Positions 29,094-38,994 of a DNA stretch of 64,000 bases are shown here, piece after piece. Position numbers and translations under genes: made by a program. Location of the stretch: positions 5,088,001-5,152,000 of the forward strand of contig OZ242195.1 of assembly GCA_965205975.1 (NCBI GenBank), written 5' to 3'. Numbering within the stretch: the stretch's first letter is position 1; each line of letters starts with the position of its first letter. This DNA is from Candidatus Latescibacterota bacterium. Its GTDB lineage: Bacteria > Latescibacterota > UBA2968. The notes under the pieces are model-generated. The model was not told the DNA's origin. It was given only the letters and a program-made list of their open reading frames with translations, and did not search any database.

Positions 29094-32000
29094 ATGTTTG
29101 AAAAAGTAGATACAAATGTGAATTTTCCCAAAGAAGAAGAGAAGGTGCTCGCTTTTTGGGATGAGATCAGGGCATTTGAAAAGTCGCTCGAGATCAGAAA
29201 GAATAACGATGAATACGTTTTTTACGATGGGCCGCCTTTTGCGACGGGTTTGCCGCATTACGGACACTTGCTGGCAGGGACGATCAAAGATGTGATCCCG
29301 CGCTATCAAACGATGAATGGCAAATACGTAGATCGCGTCTTTGGATGGGACTGTCACGGCTTGCCCGTAGAATACGAACTCAGCCAGGAATTGGGCTTGA
29401 ATAGCAAAAGTGAGATTGAGGAATACGGGATTGCGGAATACAATGAGGCTTGCCGGGGTATTGTTTTGCGCTATACTGCCGAGTGGCGACAATTTGTCAA
29501 ACGCATTGGCCGCTGGGTGGATTTTGAAAATGGGTATCGCACGATGGACCGCGACTATATGGAGTCTATCTGGTGGGTGTTCAAGCAGCTTTGGGATAAG
29601 GGCTTGATTTACGAAGGGCACAAAATTTTGCCTTACTGCCCCCAGGATGCGACACCTTTGTCCAATTTTGAAGCCAATCAAGGGTATGAGTCCGTGCAGG
29701 ACCCGGCTATTACCGTTGCGTTCAAGCTCAAAGATGAACCGGATACGTATCTGCTGGCGTGGACGACAACGCCCTGGACACTGCCGTCAAATCTGGCTCT
29801 GACCGTGCATGAAGATGTGGATTATGTGTATGTCAAAGATGGGAATGTGACGTACGTTCTCGCTGAGGAGCGTGTGGATACCTATTATCCCTCGGGCAGA
29901 CCCGAGATTGTCAGGACCGTAAAGGGGAAGGAACTTCTCGACTTGCAATACGAACCGCTTTTTCCCTATTTTGAAGATTTGCGTGCCCAGGGGGCGTTCC
30001 GCATTATCACAGCCGAGTTTGTCACGACTGAAGAAGGAACGGGTGTTGTCCACACGGCACCTGGATTTGGCGAAGACGATGCCGAAGCCGGTCGCGTTCA
30101 CGGCGTTCCGTCTGTTTGTCCGATTGATGCCGAATGCCGTTTTACGTCTGAGGTATGTGACTATGAAGGGCGTTTTGTCAAGGATTGTGATGGCGATATT
30201 GTGAATCGGTTAAAGGAAGAGGGCAAGCTCGTTCACCGCTCTACACATCACCACAGTTATCCCCATTGCTGGCGGTGTGAGGCGCCCCTTATTTACAGGG
30301 CGATTTCGACGTGGTTTGTCAATATTGAGAAAATTAAAGAGAAGATGCTCCGTGCAAACGCACAGATCCATTGGGTGCCCGAACATATCAAGGCGGGACG
30401 TTTTGGCAATTGGCTGGAAAATGCGCGGGATTGGGCGATTTCCCGCAATCGCTATTGGGGTTGCCCGCTTCCCCTGTGGCGAAATGAGGAGACGGGTGAG
30501 ACCGTGTGTGTTGGTTCCATCGGTGAGTTGGAGGAACGTACGGGTGGAAAGTTTGACGATATTCACAAGCATTTTATAGATCCCGTAATTATTGAGGGAG
30601 AAACCGGACCTCTTACCCGCGTGCCCGAAGTGCTCGATTGCTGGTTTGAGAGCGGTTCTATGCCTTATGCACAACGCCATTATCCGTTTGAAAATAAAGA
30701 TTGGCTGGACGCGCATTTTCCGGCGGATTTTATCGCTGAGGGATTGGATCAGACGCGCGGCTGGTTTTATACGCTTGTGGTGCTCGGTGCTGCCCTTTTT
30801 GACCGTCCGCCGTTTGAGAATGTCGTGGTCAATGGCATGATCCTGGCCGAAGATGGGCGCAAAATGTCCAAGCGATTGAAGAATTATCCCGATCCGATGC
30901 ATATTATGGATACTTATGGTGCCGACGCTCTGCGTCTCAATATGCTGTCTTCACCTGTGGTGCGCGGTGAAGATCTCGCGTTTTCGGAACAGGGGGTTCA
31001 AAAGACGATGCGCAGCGTCTTACTGCCTTTGTGGAATGCGTACAGTTTTCTCGTTACTTATGCCCGTGTTGATAACTGGCAGCCCACATCGGATCGGTCA
31101 GATCATCCGCTCGATCGCTGGATTCGCGCGCGTTTGAATCATCTGGTGCGCGATATTCGCCAGGGTCTGGATCGGTGTCATTTGCAGACAGCGGCTACGC
31201 GATTTGCAACGTTTATCGATGATATGACCAACTGGTATATCCGACGCAGCCGACGGCGTTTCTGGAAGAGCGATAATGATAGTGATAAATTATCTGCTTA
31301 TGCGACGCTCTACCATGTGCTCTTGACGCTGGTCAAAGCACTGGCGCCTTTCGCGCCGTTTATCACGGAAACGATCTACCGGAATTTGCGCGCGAGCAAT
31401 ATGCCAGAGTCCGTACATCTGTGTGACTATCCCGATGTGATTGAAGCCGATCTCGACGAAAAACTCGAACGACAGATGGCACGCACGCGAACAGCGGTTG
31501 GGTTGGGCAGGTTTTTGCGGAGTCAGGCCAATGCCAGGACCCGGCATCCGTTGCGTACGGCGATTCTGGTGTCTATGCAGGAGGATGTGCGTGCAGATCT
31601 CAGGGCATTACAGGATATTATCGCGGATGAGTTAAATGTGAAAGAGGTGGATATTCGCGACGATGAAGAGGCAGTGGTGACGCTTTCTGCAAAAGCCAAT
31701 TTCAGAGCGTTGGGTCCGCGTTTGGGGAAAAATATGAAGGTGGCAGCGGGGAAGATTGCGGGTCTGAGTTTTGAGGAAATTCAATCTTTGCGCGAGGGTC
31801 ACGCGCTGTCATTGGATTTGGATGGTGCGGATCCCCTGGAACTCACAGTTGATGATATTTTGATTCAGCGAGAGGAGAAGGAAGATATGCCTGTGGCAAA
31901 TGAAGGCGATATTACTGTGGCGCTGGATTTGCACAGAGATGAAAATTTGATACGCGAAGGTCTGGCGCGCGAGATTGTCCATGTGATTCAAAATATCCGC

Positions 32001-32204
32001 AGGGAGAAGGAGCTGGATGTTTCAGATCGGATCACAGTGACTTATGGCGTGCCTGATGAAGTGGCACCTGCTTTCGAGCAGTTTCGGGATTATATCATGG
32101 GTGAGACGCTCTGTACGAGATTGGTTCGCGCAGATGAGGTGGATGGCGATGCGATTGATATAGAGGGTCACAAGGTGATGTTTGAGATTAAAGTTGAGGA
32201 ATAA
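29094..32204 (+). CDS. ileS: Isoleucyl-tRNA synthetase, type 2 (eukaryote/archaea-like)
   Basis: FYDGPPFATGLPHYGH, GWDCHGLPVE, WTTTPWTLPSN, SRNRYWG, KMSKR; no C-terminal Zn finger. Confidence 0.97.
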   Translation: MFEKVDTNVNFPKEEEKVLAFWDEIRAFEKSLEIRKNNDEYVFYDGPPFATGLPHYGHLLAGTIKDVIPRYQTMNGKYVDRVFGWDCHGLPVEYELSQELGLNSKSEIEEYGIAEYNEACRGIVLRYTAEWRQFVKRIGRWVDFENGYRTMDRDYMESIWWVFKQLWDKGLIYEGHKILPYCPQDATPLSNFEANQGYESVQDPAITVAFKLKDEPDTYLLAWTTTPWTLPSNLALTVHEDVDYVYVKDGNVTYVLAEERVDTYYPSGRPEIVRTVKGKELLDLQYEPLFPYFEDLRAQGAFRIITAEFVTTEEGTGVVHTAPGFGEDDAEAGRVHGVPSVCPIDAECRFTSEVCDYEGRFVKDCDGDIVNRLKEEGKLVHRSTHHHSYPHCWRCEAPLIYRAISTWFVNIEKIKEKMLRANAQIHWVPEHIKAGRFGNWLENARDWAISRNRYWGCPLPLWRNEETGETVCVGSIGELEERTGGKFDDIHKHFIDPVIIEGETGPLTRVPEVLDCWFESGSMPYAQRHYPFENKDWLDAHFPADFIAEGLDQTRGWFYTLVVLGAALFDRPPFENVVVNGMILAEDGRKMSKRLKNYPDPMHIMDTYGADALRLNMLSSPVVRGEDLAFSEQGVQKTMRSVLLPLWNAYSFLVTYARVDNWQPTSDRSDHPLDRWIRARLNHLVRDIRQGLDRCHLQTAATRFATFIDDMTNWYIRRSRRRFWKSDNDSDKLSAYATLYHVLLTLVKALAPFAPFITETIYRNLRASNMPESVHLCDYPDVIEADLDEKLERQMARTRTAVGLGRFLRSQANARTRHPLRTAILVSMQEDVRADLRALQDIIADELNVKEVDIRDDEEAVVTLSAKANFRALGPRLGKNMKVAAGKIAGLSFEEIQSLREGHALSLDLDGADPLELTVDDILIQREEKEDMPVANEGDITVALDLHRDENLIREGLAREIVHVIQNIRREKELDVSDRITVTYGVPDEVAPAFEQFRDYIMGETLCTRLVRADEVDGDAIDIEGHKVMFEIKVEE

Positions 32205-32251
32205 AAAAAGAGCGTCAGGAGAGGCGGCGGTTATACCCATTCCTGACGCTC
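32203..32251 (-). terminator. Hairpin terminator between convergent genes
   Basis: GAGCGTCAGGA...TCCTGACGCTC, preceded by an A run. Confidence 0.65.
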
Positions 32252-32268
32252 GACTAAAGTAAAGTGCT

Positions 32269-32511
32269 TCATTTTCTGATTTTGTACAATCCAAAAATAC
32301 CCACCGCGATCAATACGCCCGCTGTTGGTCCCGCTATGTCCAATCCCAACCAGAACCCTTCTTTCCACTCGACGCTCTCAGTGCCAAACATTTCATCTAC
32401 GACCACTACTTGCTGCTTGTTTTTCGTGAAGATCTGAGTTCCGTCTATGATCCACTTTGCACCTATACCTATCGCGAGTATAAATGTGATTACGCTGATA
32501 ATTTTCCACAT
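32269..32511 (-). CDS. Small two-TM membrane protein
   Basis: Two hydrophobic segments, GGAG RBS, co-oriented directly after the porin-like gene. Confidence 0.7.
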   Translation of the reverse strand: MWKIISVITFILAIGIGAKWIIDGTQIFTKNKQQVVVVDEMFGTESVEWKEGFWLGLDIAGPTAGVLIAVGIFGLYKIRK

Positions 32512-32530
32512 GGGCTACTCCACACAGGTG

Positions 32531-33676
32531 TTAATAAAACACATGCAGTTGTAATGCGTAGCGCGATGAGCGGAAGGTTTCTGTGTCGAGGATGCGATAT
32601 TCGGGGCGCAATTCTATTTGCGGTGTTAGAAAAATTTGCATGCCAAATACAGCCTGCTTCGTCGTCAGATCAACAGAGCGCGCTGATGTGCGGATATGCG
32701 TTACTTCGCCGGTTTCCCCCCGCGCGAACAAGAGCAGTCCGGGTATTGCTTGAAGTGTGATATCAACCGAGGCGGTTTTTGCCTCGCGCACACCTTCTTT
32801 ATCGGATAGGACATATTCGGCCATGAGGGCGATCTTGTCCTGCAATCCGACGCCCGCAAAGAGGTTGGTCATCAAGAAATCGCCGTTTTTGAGCCACGAT
32901 CCTCCCAGATAAAAATTCATTTTTTGTTCGACCAATTTGGGCCACAATACGATACGCCCCAGGAATGAGGGTTTGTCGCGGTTTTCGATCAGAGAGGCGT
33001 CTTGTTGTACGGTATTTTCGGAGAGTGCGCGGGCAGAATAAATGCCTGCGGTTAGCGATAGCCACAATTTTTTGTAATAATGCACTTCTGCGCCGTATTC
33101 TGCGTAATTGGGCGCAATTAGCGATGTGGCTCCGGCAACGTCGGGTGTTTGGCGCACGAGCATGGTGTGGTCGTCATACCGCATGCCAATGGTTGGCTGG
33201 AAATGTCCGACGCGCAATGCGGGCCAGTTGTAATTGGGTTGATATATTGCCGATGCTGTCCACGCGCGCTGTCCCGCGTATTTTTCGGGTCCAAAATTAT
33301 AAGAGCCTTCGATTTTCAGGGCATTTGAGGGACGGACAACGCTATATAGCGCGACTTGCATGGGAAATACTTTGCGCTCGGCTTCTGGCGATGTGTGAGA
33401 TCGCGCCATTTGTCCGCGGAGATCTGCGCCCATGAGTACCAGGCCATCGGCATAAGCGGTTTTGCCCGGCAAGACGTAATTGGGTGCGAGCAATCCCACG
33501 CCATCCATTGAGTATTGCCCCAGTTCGTCTCGCTGTGCCCCGCCCTGCGCGGTGATGTGACAGTTCACACATCGATTGGCCGTCAATAATGCAAATTGCG
33601 AGAGGGCATCCGCCTGCCCCACAGAGCACAGCAGGATTAATAGTCCCAGTAATCTAAAATATGCGGTATTGATCAT
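32531..33676 (-). CDS. Porin-like beta-barrel with an N-terminal CxxCH motif
   Basis: Signal peptide, RCVNCHITAQGG, beta-strands, C-terminal LQLHVFY. Confidence 0.7.
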   Translation of the reverse strand: MINTAYFRLLGLLILLCSVGQADALSQFALLTANRCVNCHITAQGGAQRDELGQYSMDGVGLLAPNYVLPGKTAYADGLVLMGADLRGQMARSHTSPEAERKVFPMQVALYSVVRPSNALKIEGSYNFGPEKYAGQRAWTASAIYQPNYNWPALRVGHFQPTIGMRYDDHTMLVRQTPDVAGATSLIAPNYAEYGAEVHYYKKLWLSLTAGIYSARALSENTVQQDASLIENRDKPSFLGRIVLWPKLVEQKMNFYLGGSWLKNGDFLMTNLFAGVGLQDKIALMAEYVLSDKEGVREAKTASVDITLQAIPGLLLFARGETGEVTHIRTSARSVDLTTKQAVFGMQIFLTPQIELRPEYRILDTETFRSSRYALQLHVFY

Positions 33677-33761
33677 GTTAAGTAGTCCATCGGAATTTTT
33701 TGATATATTGCCCAGTCATTATGAACAAAGAGTAGTGGCATCAAATAAGCGGTATAAAATT

Positions 33762-33796
33762 TTGTCATTGCGGCATGTTTTAAGCCGCAATCCAGT
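33762..33796 (+). repeat. Palindromic repeat, left island boundary
   Basis: TTGTCATTGCGGCATGTTTTAAGCCGCAATCCAGT. Confidence 0.8.
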
Positions 33797-33842
33797 CTGT
33801 TTTTCCCACTTTCCATTATCACAAGACTTATAGGCAGCCACT

Positions 33843-34574
33843 TTATGCCTTTATTGTCTCTGATTCATCAAGTGCCACTCGGTGCGCCTTATGGGATTCC
33901 TCGTAAAAGGTCATTACGTCCATATCTGGAACTTCTTCTGGTGCGAAGTACCATTTTGCAATGAGGTTATGGTCCTCCACAGCCAGCACTGTAAGGTCAA
34001 AGACTACCTCTTGAGTTGGGGATGAACGTTTAACTTTTTCGCGTACATCCTGTATATCTGCGGGGAAGGATGGACCTTGTCTGGGTACAGTGAGTTCGAC
34101 ATGACTGAAATACGGCATTTGTTGATTGAAGACCGCCAGTCCGTGTATCGGTGCGAGGATGTCGAGATAGTAGCGAAGTTTTTTGTCCTTGTAATCGCCA
34201 ACGACAACCTCGCCGACTACAGCACGCACGAGCACACGCACGAAACGCACCAGACACTCAACCTGTTCATTGCTCAATTTCAGGCTAGTTCTCGTTCTGG
34301 AACTTGAAAGTGTCAATATATCTCCGGAGATAGAGAAGCTATTGTTGTGAATAACCTCATTGCGATATGGTAGCAGTTGACAAAAGAGTGCCTTTGAATA
34401 GTCATAAAGGTAGGGTTGATTCTTGAACAGGTCGGGGAGTTGGAGATTGGATTCTTTCTTCAGCAACTTCACCTTTTTTGTGAAAATCCTGGGAACCTCT
34501 ATGCAATTCTTTTCAAATATCCACTCGAAGATCATATCCAATGTTTTGAAGGAAGCAATAAATGTGAAGGGCAT
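33843..34574 (-). pseudogene. Hypothetical protein, probably the frameshifted 3' part of a gene whose 5' part lies in the 34583 ORF
   Basis: The frame upstream of the ATG is open (LLNAT) and overlaps the end of the preceding ORF, offset by one base. No RBS. Confidence 0.5.
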
Positions 34575-34582
34575 CGTGGCAT

Positions 34583-35014
34583 TTAGGAGTGTGTAGCACC
34601 TTCAATAGCAAAGTGTTCTTTCAAGGAGGGAGGTATATTGCTATTGCTACTAACCCTTATATTGCTACCCCTCTCACCGTTTTTGATCCCAATCACTGGG
34701 GGCGCATTTTTGCCCTTAACTATATTATAGCGTTTTTCCAGAAAATCGAGAAACCAGATCTCATAATCCAATTTGGTCAGAAGCCTTCCACGCATTGTAT
34801 TTGGGGCATCAGGCATTTCTTCCCTTTTAAGTCTTGACCTGATCCTTTCGAAACGTTTTACAATATCCGGCGTGTAAAAGCGTTCGCCACAACGAAGACA
34901 AACTTCGGCTTGAACTTTCACGATCTCCTTGAGATTTCCACCTCGCAAAATTTTCTCAACTTCCTTTTCAATAATCTCTCCACCGCATACCGGACATTTG
35001 TCAAGTAGCGTCAT
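34583..35014 (-). CDS. YgiT-type (MqsA-like) zinc finger fused to an unrelated C-terminal extension
   Basis: KCPVCGG..VQAEVCLRCGERFY; AAGGAG RBS before ATG 35014. Confidence 0.75.
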   Translation of the reverse strand: MTLLDKCPVCGGEIIEKEVEKILRGGNLKEIVKVQAEVCLRCGERFYTPDIVKRFERIRSRLKREEMPDAPNTMRGRLLTKLDYEIWFLDFLEKRYNIVKGKNAPPVIGIKNGERGSNIRVSSNSNIPPSLKEHFAIEGATHS

Positions 35015-35097
35015 GATTTCGTTCTCCTTGCACGCCAATTGATCCAACCTGTTGGGAGTGGGTGATAAACAGTAATCAAGATTGCCCATTGATTTTC
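35011..35097 (-). pseudogene. C-terminal remnant of a DUF4258-like toxin
   Basis: Reads WAILITVYHPLPTGWINWRARRTKS*, with an ATGA overlap to the YgiT-type gene. No start codon. Confidence 0.55.
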
Positions 35098-35107
35098 TAC
35101 GATTACA

Positions 35108-35455
35108 TCAATACTCAATAATTGCCACAATTGCGCTGGCTATTGATTTCATAACCACTTTAGAGGTGTCGCCAATTTTTTTAACAAATCTTTGTGTATC
35201 AACACCACGGAGTTGTAACGTGTCAACTGCTGATAGCTTGGTCAATCCATTGCCACTATCAGGCATCACTTTGACATGCCAAACGTTAGAAGTAAAATAA
35301 TGTTTCCATTCCGTCAATGGAGCGACCAGCCGAATTGGTAACGTGCCAACCGCATCAGAGTTTACAACAACAACGGGGCGAGTCTTTTGGATTTCTGTGC
35401 CGACAGTTGGATCGAGATTTACCAACCAGATTTCACCGCGTTTAATACGCATCAA
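35108..35455 (-). CDS. PemK/MazF family endoribonuclease toxin
   Basis: IKRGEIWLVNLDPTVGTEIQKTRPVVVV..APLT..GLTKLS..QLRGVD. Confidence 0.93.
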   Translation of the reverse strand: MMRIKRGEIWLVNLDPTVGTEIQKTRPVVVVNSDAVGTLPIRLVAPLTEWKHYFTSNVWHVKVMPDSGNGLTKLSAVDTLQLRGVDTQRFVKKIGDTSKVVMKSIASAIVAIIEY

Positions 35456-35697
35456 TCAAAATCTCCTGCTTGCCATTCAGTTCGTTCAGCCCTTGTCTGT
35501 TCGTAGTGACTCTTCATCTGTTTGGCTTGTTGTGCTAAAATTCGGCGACGTTCATCAATGGAGAGGCTTGCAAAATTCTCTTGAGGCATCGTGTCATTGT
35601 CAACGAGGTTTTGCAAAAAATGAAAGGCAAGTGACAATTTTGTCTCTGGGAGTTTATTAGCCAGTTCTTGAACATGAGCGTGAGTAATTGTTTCCAT
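35452..35697 (-). CDS. Putative antitoxin of the MazF-like toxin
   Basis: 81 aa starting METITHAHVQEL, AGGAG RBS, stop overlaps the toxin start. Confidence 0.65.
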   Translation of the reverse strand: METITHAHVQELANKLPETKLSLAFHFLQNLVDNDTMPQENFASLSIDERRRILAQQAKQMKSHYEQTRAERTEWQAGDFD

Positions 35698-35786
35698 TTT
35701 TCTCCTCCTTAATCTCAGGGGGATATCTCTGCATATTCTCGTGTGGGATGATGTGCATCTGACTTTGCGTGATCCTGCCAAGCAAC

Positions 35787-36815
35787 TCAGGTATTCTCGA
35801 GTAGCGGAACCTCGCAAGCAACTTCAATCTGGTTAAACCCGCATGGCTCAGATTCTTGCAATTGAGGCCAAAAGACATTTTCGTAGCCAGAAGTGATTGC
35901 ATCCAACTCTGTCTTTGTCCGCCATAATAATCCCGCATCGGTTTTATAGAGCCACGCCTGGCCGAGATCATATAGCCCCTGTTCAGGGTCTTCACCCCTA
36001 AAAATGAACTGATGTGGCTTAATGAATTGATGTGGCTTTTGATTGCTGCGCCCACGAGGGAGATAATCATCAAAGTTCAACCATTCCGTCTTTTTAATGG
36101 CTACAGTAGAGACGTGCATTGTTGCTCTAACATGAACCTTGAGGTCACCGCCACCAAAAATTGAAAAGTAATCCCTGTCGGGGTTCACTGTAATAACACG
36201 TTCTGGATCTCCGTCAACGGAGGTATTGTACCTTTGAGCGACCAACTTCCTAACCCAATAAGCGAGGTCATAGATCTGTTGAAGTCGGTCACGGATATCG
36301 CTGGAAAGCTGGAGGCTAAAGTTGAGCAGGAGAGGCGAGGAAAATGATTCTGTAAACTTATTGATGTCACCACGAAGATCTGTAAGAATTCTCAGGTCAA
36401 TTTTCTCCTGAGATACGGCTTTTTTGAGCATATGGCCTAATGCATGGCGCAGGTTGTTTTCAGCCACCTGTGTGTCTATGCGATCAACTTTCGATACGAT
36501 ATAATCAATCTTACGTTCAATGCGGGCCATTGTTTCTTGCAAATGGTCCATTTTATCGTGCAGGCTGTTAATCCTGTGTGCGATGTACACAGAAACTCCC
36601 AAGTTCAAGATAGAAGCAATGAGATTGGCTCCAGCCAGGCCAGCAGATAGGCCCGATTCACCAGCGACCATAGGATTGGAGGGTATCTCGGCGCTGTCTG
36701 GCGGCAAGTATCGGATGTTCTGCGGATTAGGAATCGGCCCATTTTGACCGAGCACTTGATACGCGAGCCTTCCAGATTGCCCAGGTCCCAGTTTGTCAAA
36801 AGACACTGTGTTCAT
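35787..36815 (-). CDS. Hypothetical protein with a hydrophobic helix and coiled coil
   Basis: 342 aa ORF; AGLAGANLIASILNLGVSVY followed by heptad repeats; AAGGGGG RBS. Confidence 0.7.
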   Translation of the reverse strand: MNTVSFDKLGPGQSGRLAYQVLGQNGPIPNPQNIRYLPPDSAEIPSNPMVAGESGLSAGLAGANLIASILNLGVSVYIAHRINSLHDKMDHLQETMARIERKIDYIVSKVDRIDTQVAENNLRHALGHMLKKAVSQEKIDLRILTDLRGDINKFTESFSSPLLLNFSLQLSSDIRDRLQQIYDLAYWVRKLVAQRYNTSVDGDPERVITVNPDRDYFSIFGGGDLKVHVRATMHVSTVAIKKTEWLNFDDYLPRGRSNQKPHQFIKPHQFIFRGEDPEQGLYDLGQAWLYKTDAGLLWRTKTELDAITSGYENVFWPQLQESEPCGFNQIEVACEVPLLENT

Positions 36816-37723
36816 TGTTTCCCCCCTTTAAGTTGTTGAATTCGTTCATAAAACGAGCGATTTCATCTGAATCATGAGAACATAGTTGCGGTTTTGTATC
36901 ACCAAACATCCATCGCCGATAGTAAGACATTGCACCTGTTGTTTCACAAGAGGCAATTGCATCCGCAAAGGCTAACGAAATCATGTAGTCTAAGTCATGT
37001 TTTGTGTTTATCAAACGCTTTTTAAATTTTTCGGGTATTTTCTTAAAAGTATCCTTACCTTTGACTGTCGCAGAGCAAGGCAAGAAGCGATTTACCGAAA
37101 TGCCATATAGTCCAAGTATCATCTACGTCCTCGGGATTTAGTAAAACATCTAAACCATCCTTTTTCGCAATTTGCTTAATCGCACCTATTGCTGTTGACT
37201 GAATAACATCTTGATGGTTGACGACATTGTAACAAAATTGCACGACTTGTTCGTCATGTCCATTTTTATTTTTTATCTCTTGAGCAGATAGCGGCCAACT
37301 TGCAAAGCCTTGGAATAGTGTAACTATATCGTGGCCTTCTCGTTCTTTCACATAGATCTTAACGAGTTTTTTCATATCGGCAGGTTGATACTGCGGATTA
37401 TTCGCTATCATTTCCCGTATGCGTCTGGTTTTTTCATCATGTAAAGGGTCGCCATACCGACGGTTTTTTTTTAACTCGAACCTATACATCGGAGATACAT
37501 GTTCCCATACCTCAATAGCGTCCACGCCCGCCTTTAGTTTATTCATTGATGCGCGCCATTGGTTGGTATCATCTGTGCTACAAAGCTCGTAAATTAAAGT
37601 GTCGATTAGCACGATGCGACCACCTTGTTTACATATAGCACGAAACGGCGCACCATCTTTGCGCATGCCGCGAATGTAGTTTGCATCAATTATAATGCGT
37701 GGATTTGTCGGGTGTTCGTTCAT
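36796..37723 (-). pseudogene. PIN-like domain protein split by a frameshift near 37060
   Basis: N-terminal IIIDAN in the 37055-37723 ORF; HDLDYMISLAFADAIAS continues in the overlapping frame (36796-37122). Confidence 0.55.
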
Positions 37724-37772
37724 TGTTCTCCTTGTCTGTCAGTTTTATCTGTGGTTGGATAACCTAAAAACC

Positions 37773-37808
37773 ACTGGATTGCGGCTCAACACCATGCCGC
37801 AATGACAA
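37773..37808 (-). repeat. Palindromic repeat, right island boundary (inverted relative to the left copy)
   Basis: ACTGGATTGCGGCTCAACACCATGCCGCAATGACAA. Confidence 0.8.
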
Positions 37809-37845
37809 TCACTATTCTACGGCTCCTTTGAGATTGCTTTGCCTT

Positions 37846-37896
37846 TTCATCTGCGTTCATCTGCGTCCATCTGCGTTCATCTGCGTTCATCTGCGG
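37846..37896. repeat. 10-bp tandem repeat (TTCATCTGCG) x5
   Basis: Read directly from the sequence; the same unit occurs about 3 times at 59337-59366. Confidence 0.85.
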
Positions 37897-37908
37897 ATGC
37901 TTTTGGTC

Positions 37909-38478
37909 TTAAAAAGTCTGCCCATCTCCGGGCGGATTGCCGCCGAAAGTGACTGGCAGGCCGGTCAGGTCGCGCAAGAATATTTGCAGGCGAATGATGT
38001 GTACATTGCCCGCTCCCATGCGCATGTTCAGGCCATCTATAACTTCTGGCGTGATAAAATCGAGATTTTGCAAAAGAAAAGTGATCCCATCAAGATAATC
38101 TACAAAGGCGGCTTCAAATTCCTCGGTGTGCAATTTGAGCAGATACGGGTTTGCGGGACGCATGTCGTGCAATGTAGATTGAATGGCGTGAATCCGCGCG
38201 ATCATGGTGTTTATAAATTCCCGCGACCAGTAGAGCGGGACCAGGTCATTCGTGAGCTCGACAGTTACGCCGCTATATTCTATCAAAAAGACATCAATAG
38301 ATGTAAAAACCCGGTTGATGTCGGCAACATAGGCATCGGCCTCATCCACGGTGACATGGTCATATACCTGTTCAGCAGATGGTTCGGGCGCAGGGGTCAC
38401 GGGGTTGGACGAACCACATCCCGTGTACAACACCAGCAGTGCAAAACACAAAATCCATCGTTTCATAAAATGCCTCAT
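37909..38478 (-). CDS. Putative lipoprotein
   Basis: MKRWILCFALLVLYTG-C lipobox. Start at 38478 (ATGA overlap) or 38466. Confidence 0.7.
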   Translation of the reverse strand: MRHFMKRWILCFALLVLYTGCGSSNPVTPAPEPSAEQVYDHVTVDEADAYVADINRVFTSIDVFLIEYSGVTVELTNDLVPLYWSREFINTMIARIHAIQSTLHDMRPANPYLLKLHTEEFEAAFVDYLDGITFLLQNLDFITPEVIDGLNMRMGAGNVHIIRLQIFLRDLTGLPVTFGGNPPGDGQTF

Positions 38479-38990
38479 TCGTTGTGTCCCATATAAAGCA
38501 GACGCCGTTTCTGATATCTTCTGGTATTGTTTAAAAAGCGCGCGATTTCGTCTTCTGACAATGTGCGACGCGGTTTGGCGGGTACTCCGGCGACAAGTGT
38601 GCGCGGCGCGACCTCTGCGCCTTCCAATATCAGGGCGTGGGCAGCCACCAGTGCAGATTCGCCCACTGCCGAGCCAGTTAATACGGTTGCCCCCATTCCG
38701 ATGGTCACGCCCTGTTCTATTTGACAACCGTGCAAGATCGCATTGTGCCCTACGGTCACATTTTTACCGACATTACAGGGATAGCCCGGGTCGGTATGCA
38801 CGACAGTGCCGTCCTGGATATTTGAGCCTTCGCCGATTACAATGGGTTCAACATCACCCCGAATCACGGCGTTGAACCAGATGCTCGCGTGTGCTTCAAT
38901 CACCACGTCGCCAATTACAACAGCACCAGGCGCGATATAAGCCGACGGATCTATGTGAGGGTTTTTGTCCTTATAAGGCAAAATTGTCAT
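38475..38990 (-). CDS. Gamma carbonic anhydrase family protein (YrdA/CaiE-like)
   Basis: IWFNAVIRGD, SNIQDGTVVH, TVGHNAILHGC. Confidence 0.92.
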   Translation of the reverse strand: MTILPYKDKNPHIDPSAYIAPGAVVIGDVVIEAHASIWFNAVIRGDVEPIVIGEGSNIQDGTVVHTDPGYPCNVGKNVTVGHNAILHGCQIEQGVTIGMGATVLTGSAVGESALVAAHALILEGAEVAPRTLVAGVPAKPRRTLSEDEIARFLNNTRRYQKRRLLYMGHNE

Positions 38991-38994
38991 TGCG

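Noticed and set aside
37828..38496. 222-aa plus-strand ORF
   Set aside because: Starts within the 10-bp repeat and is antisense to the lipoprotein gene.
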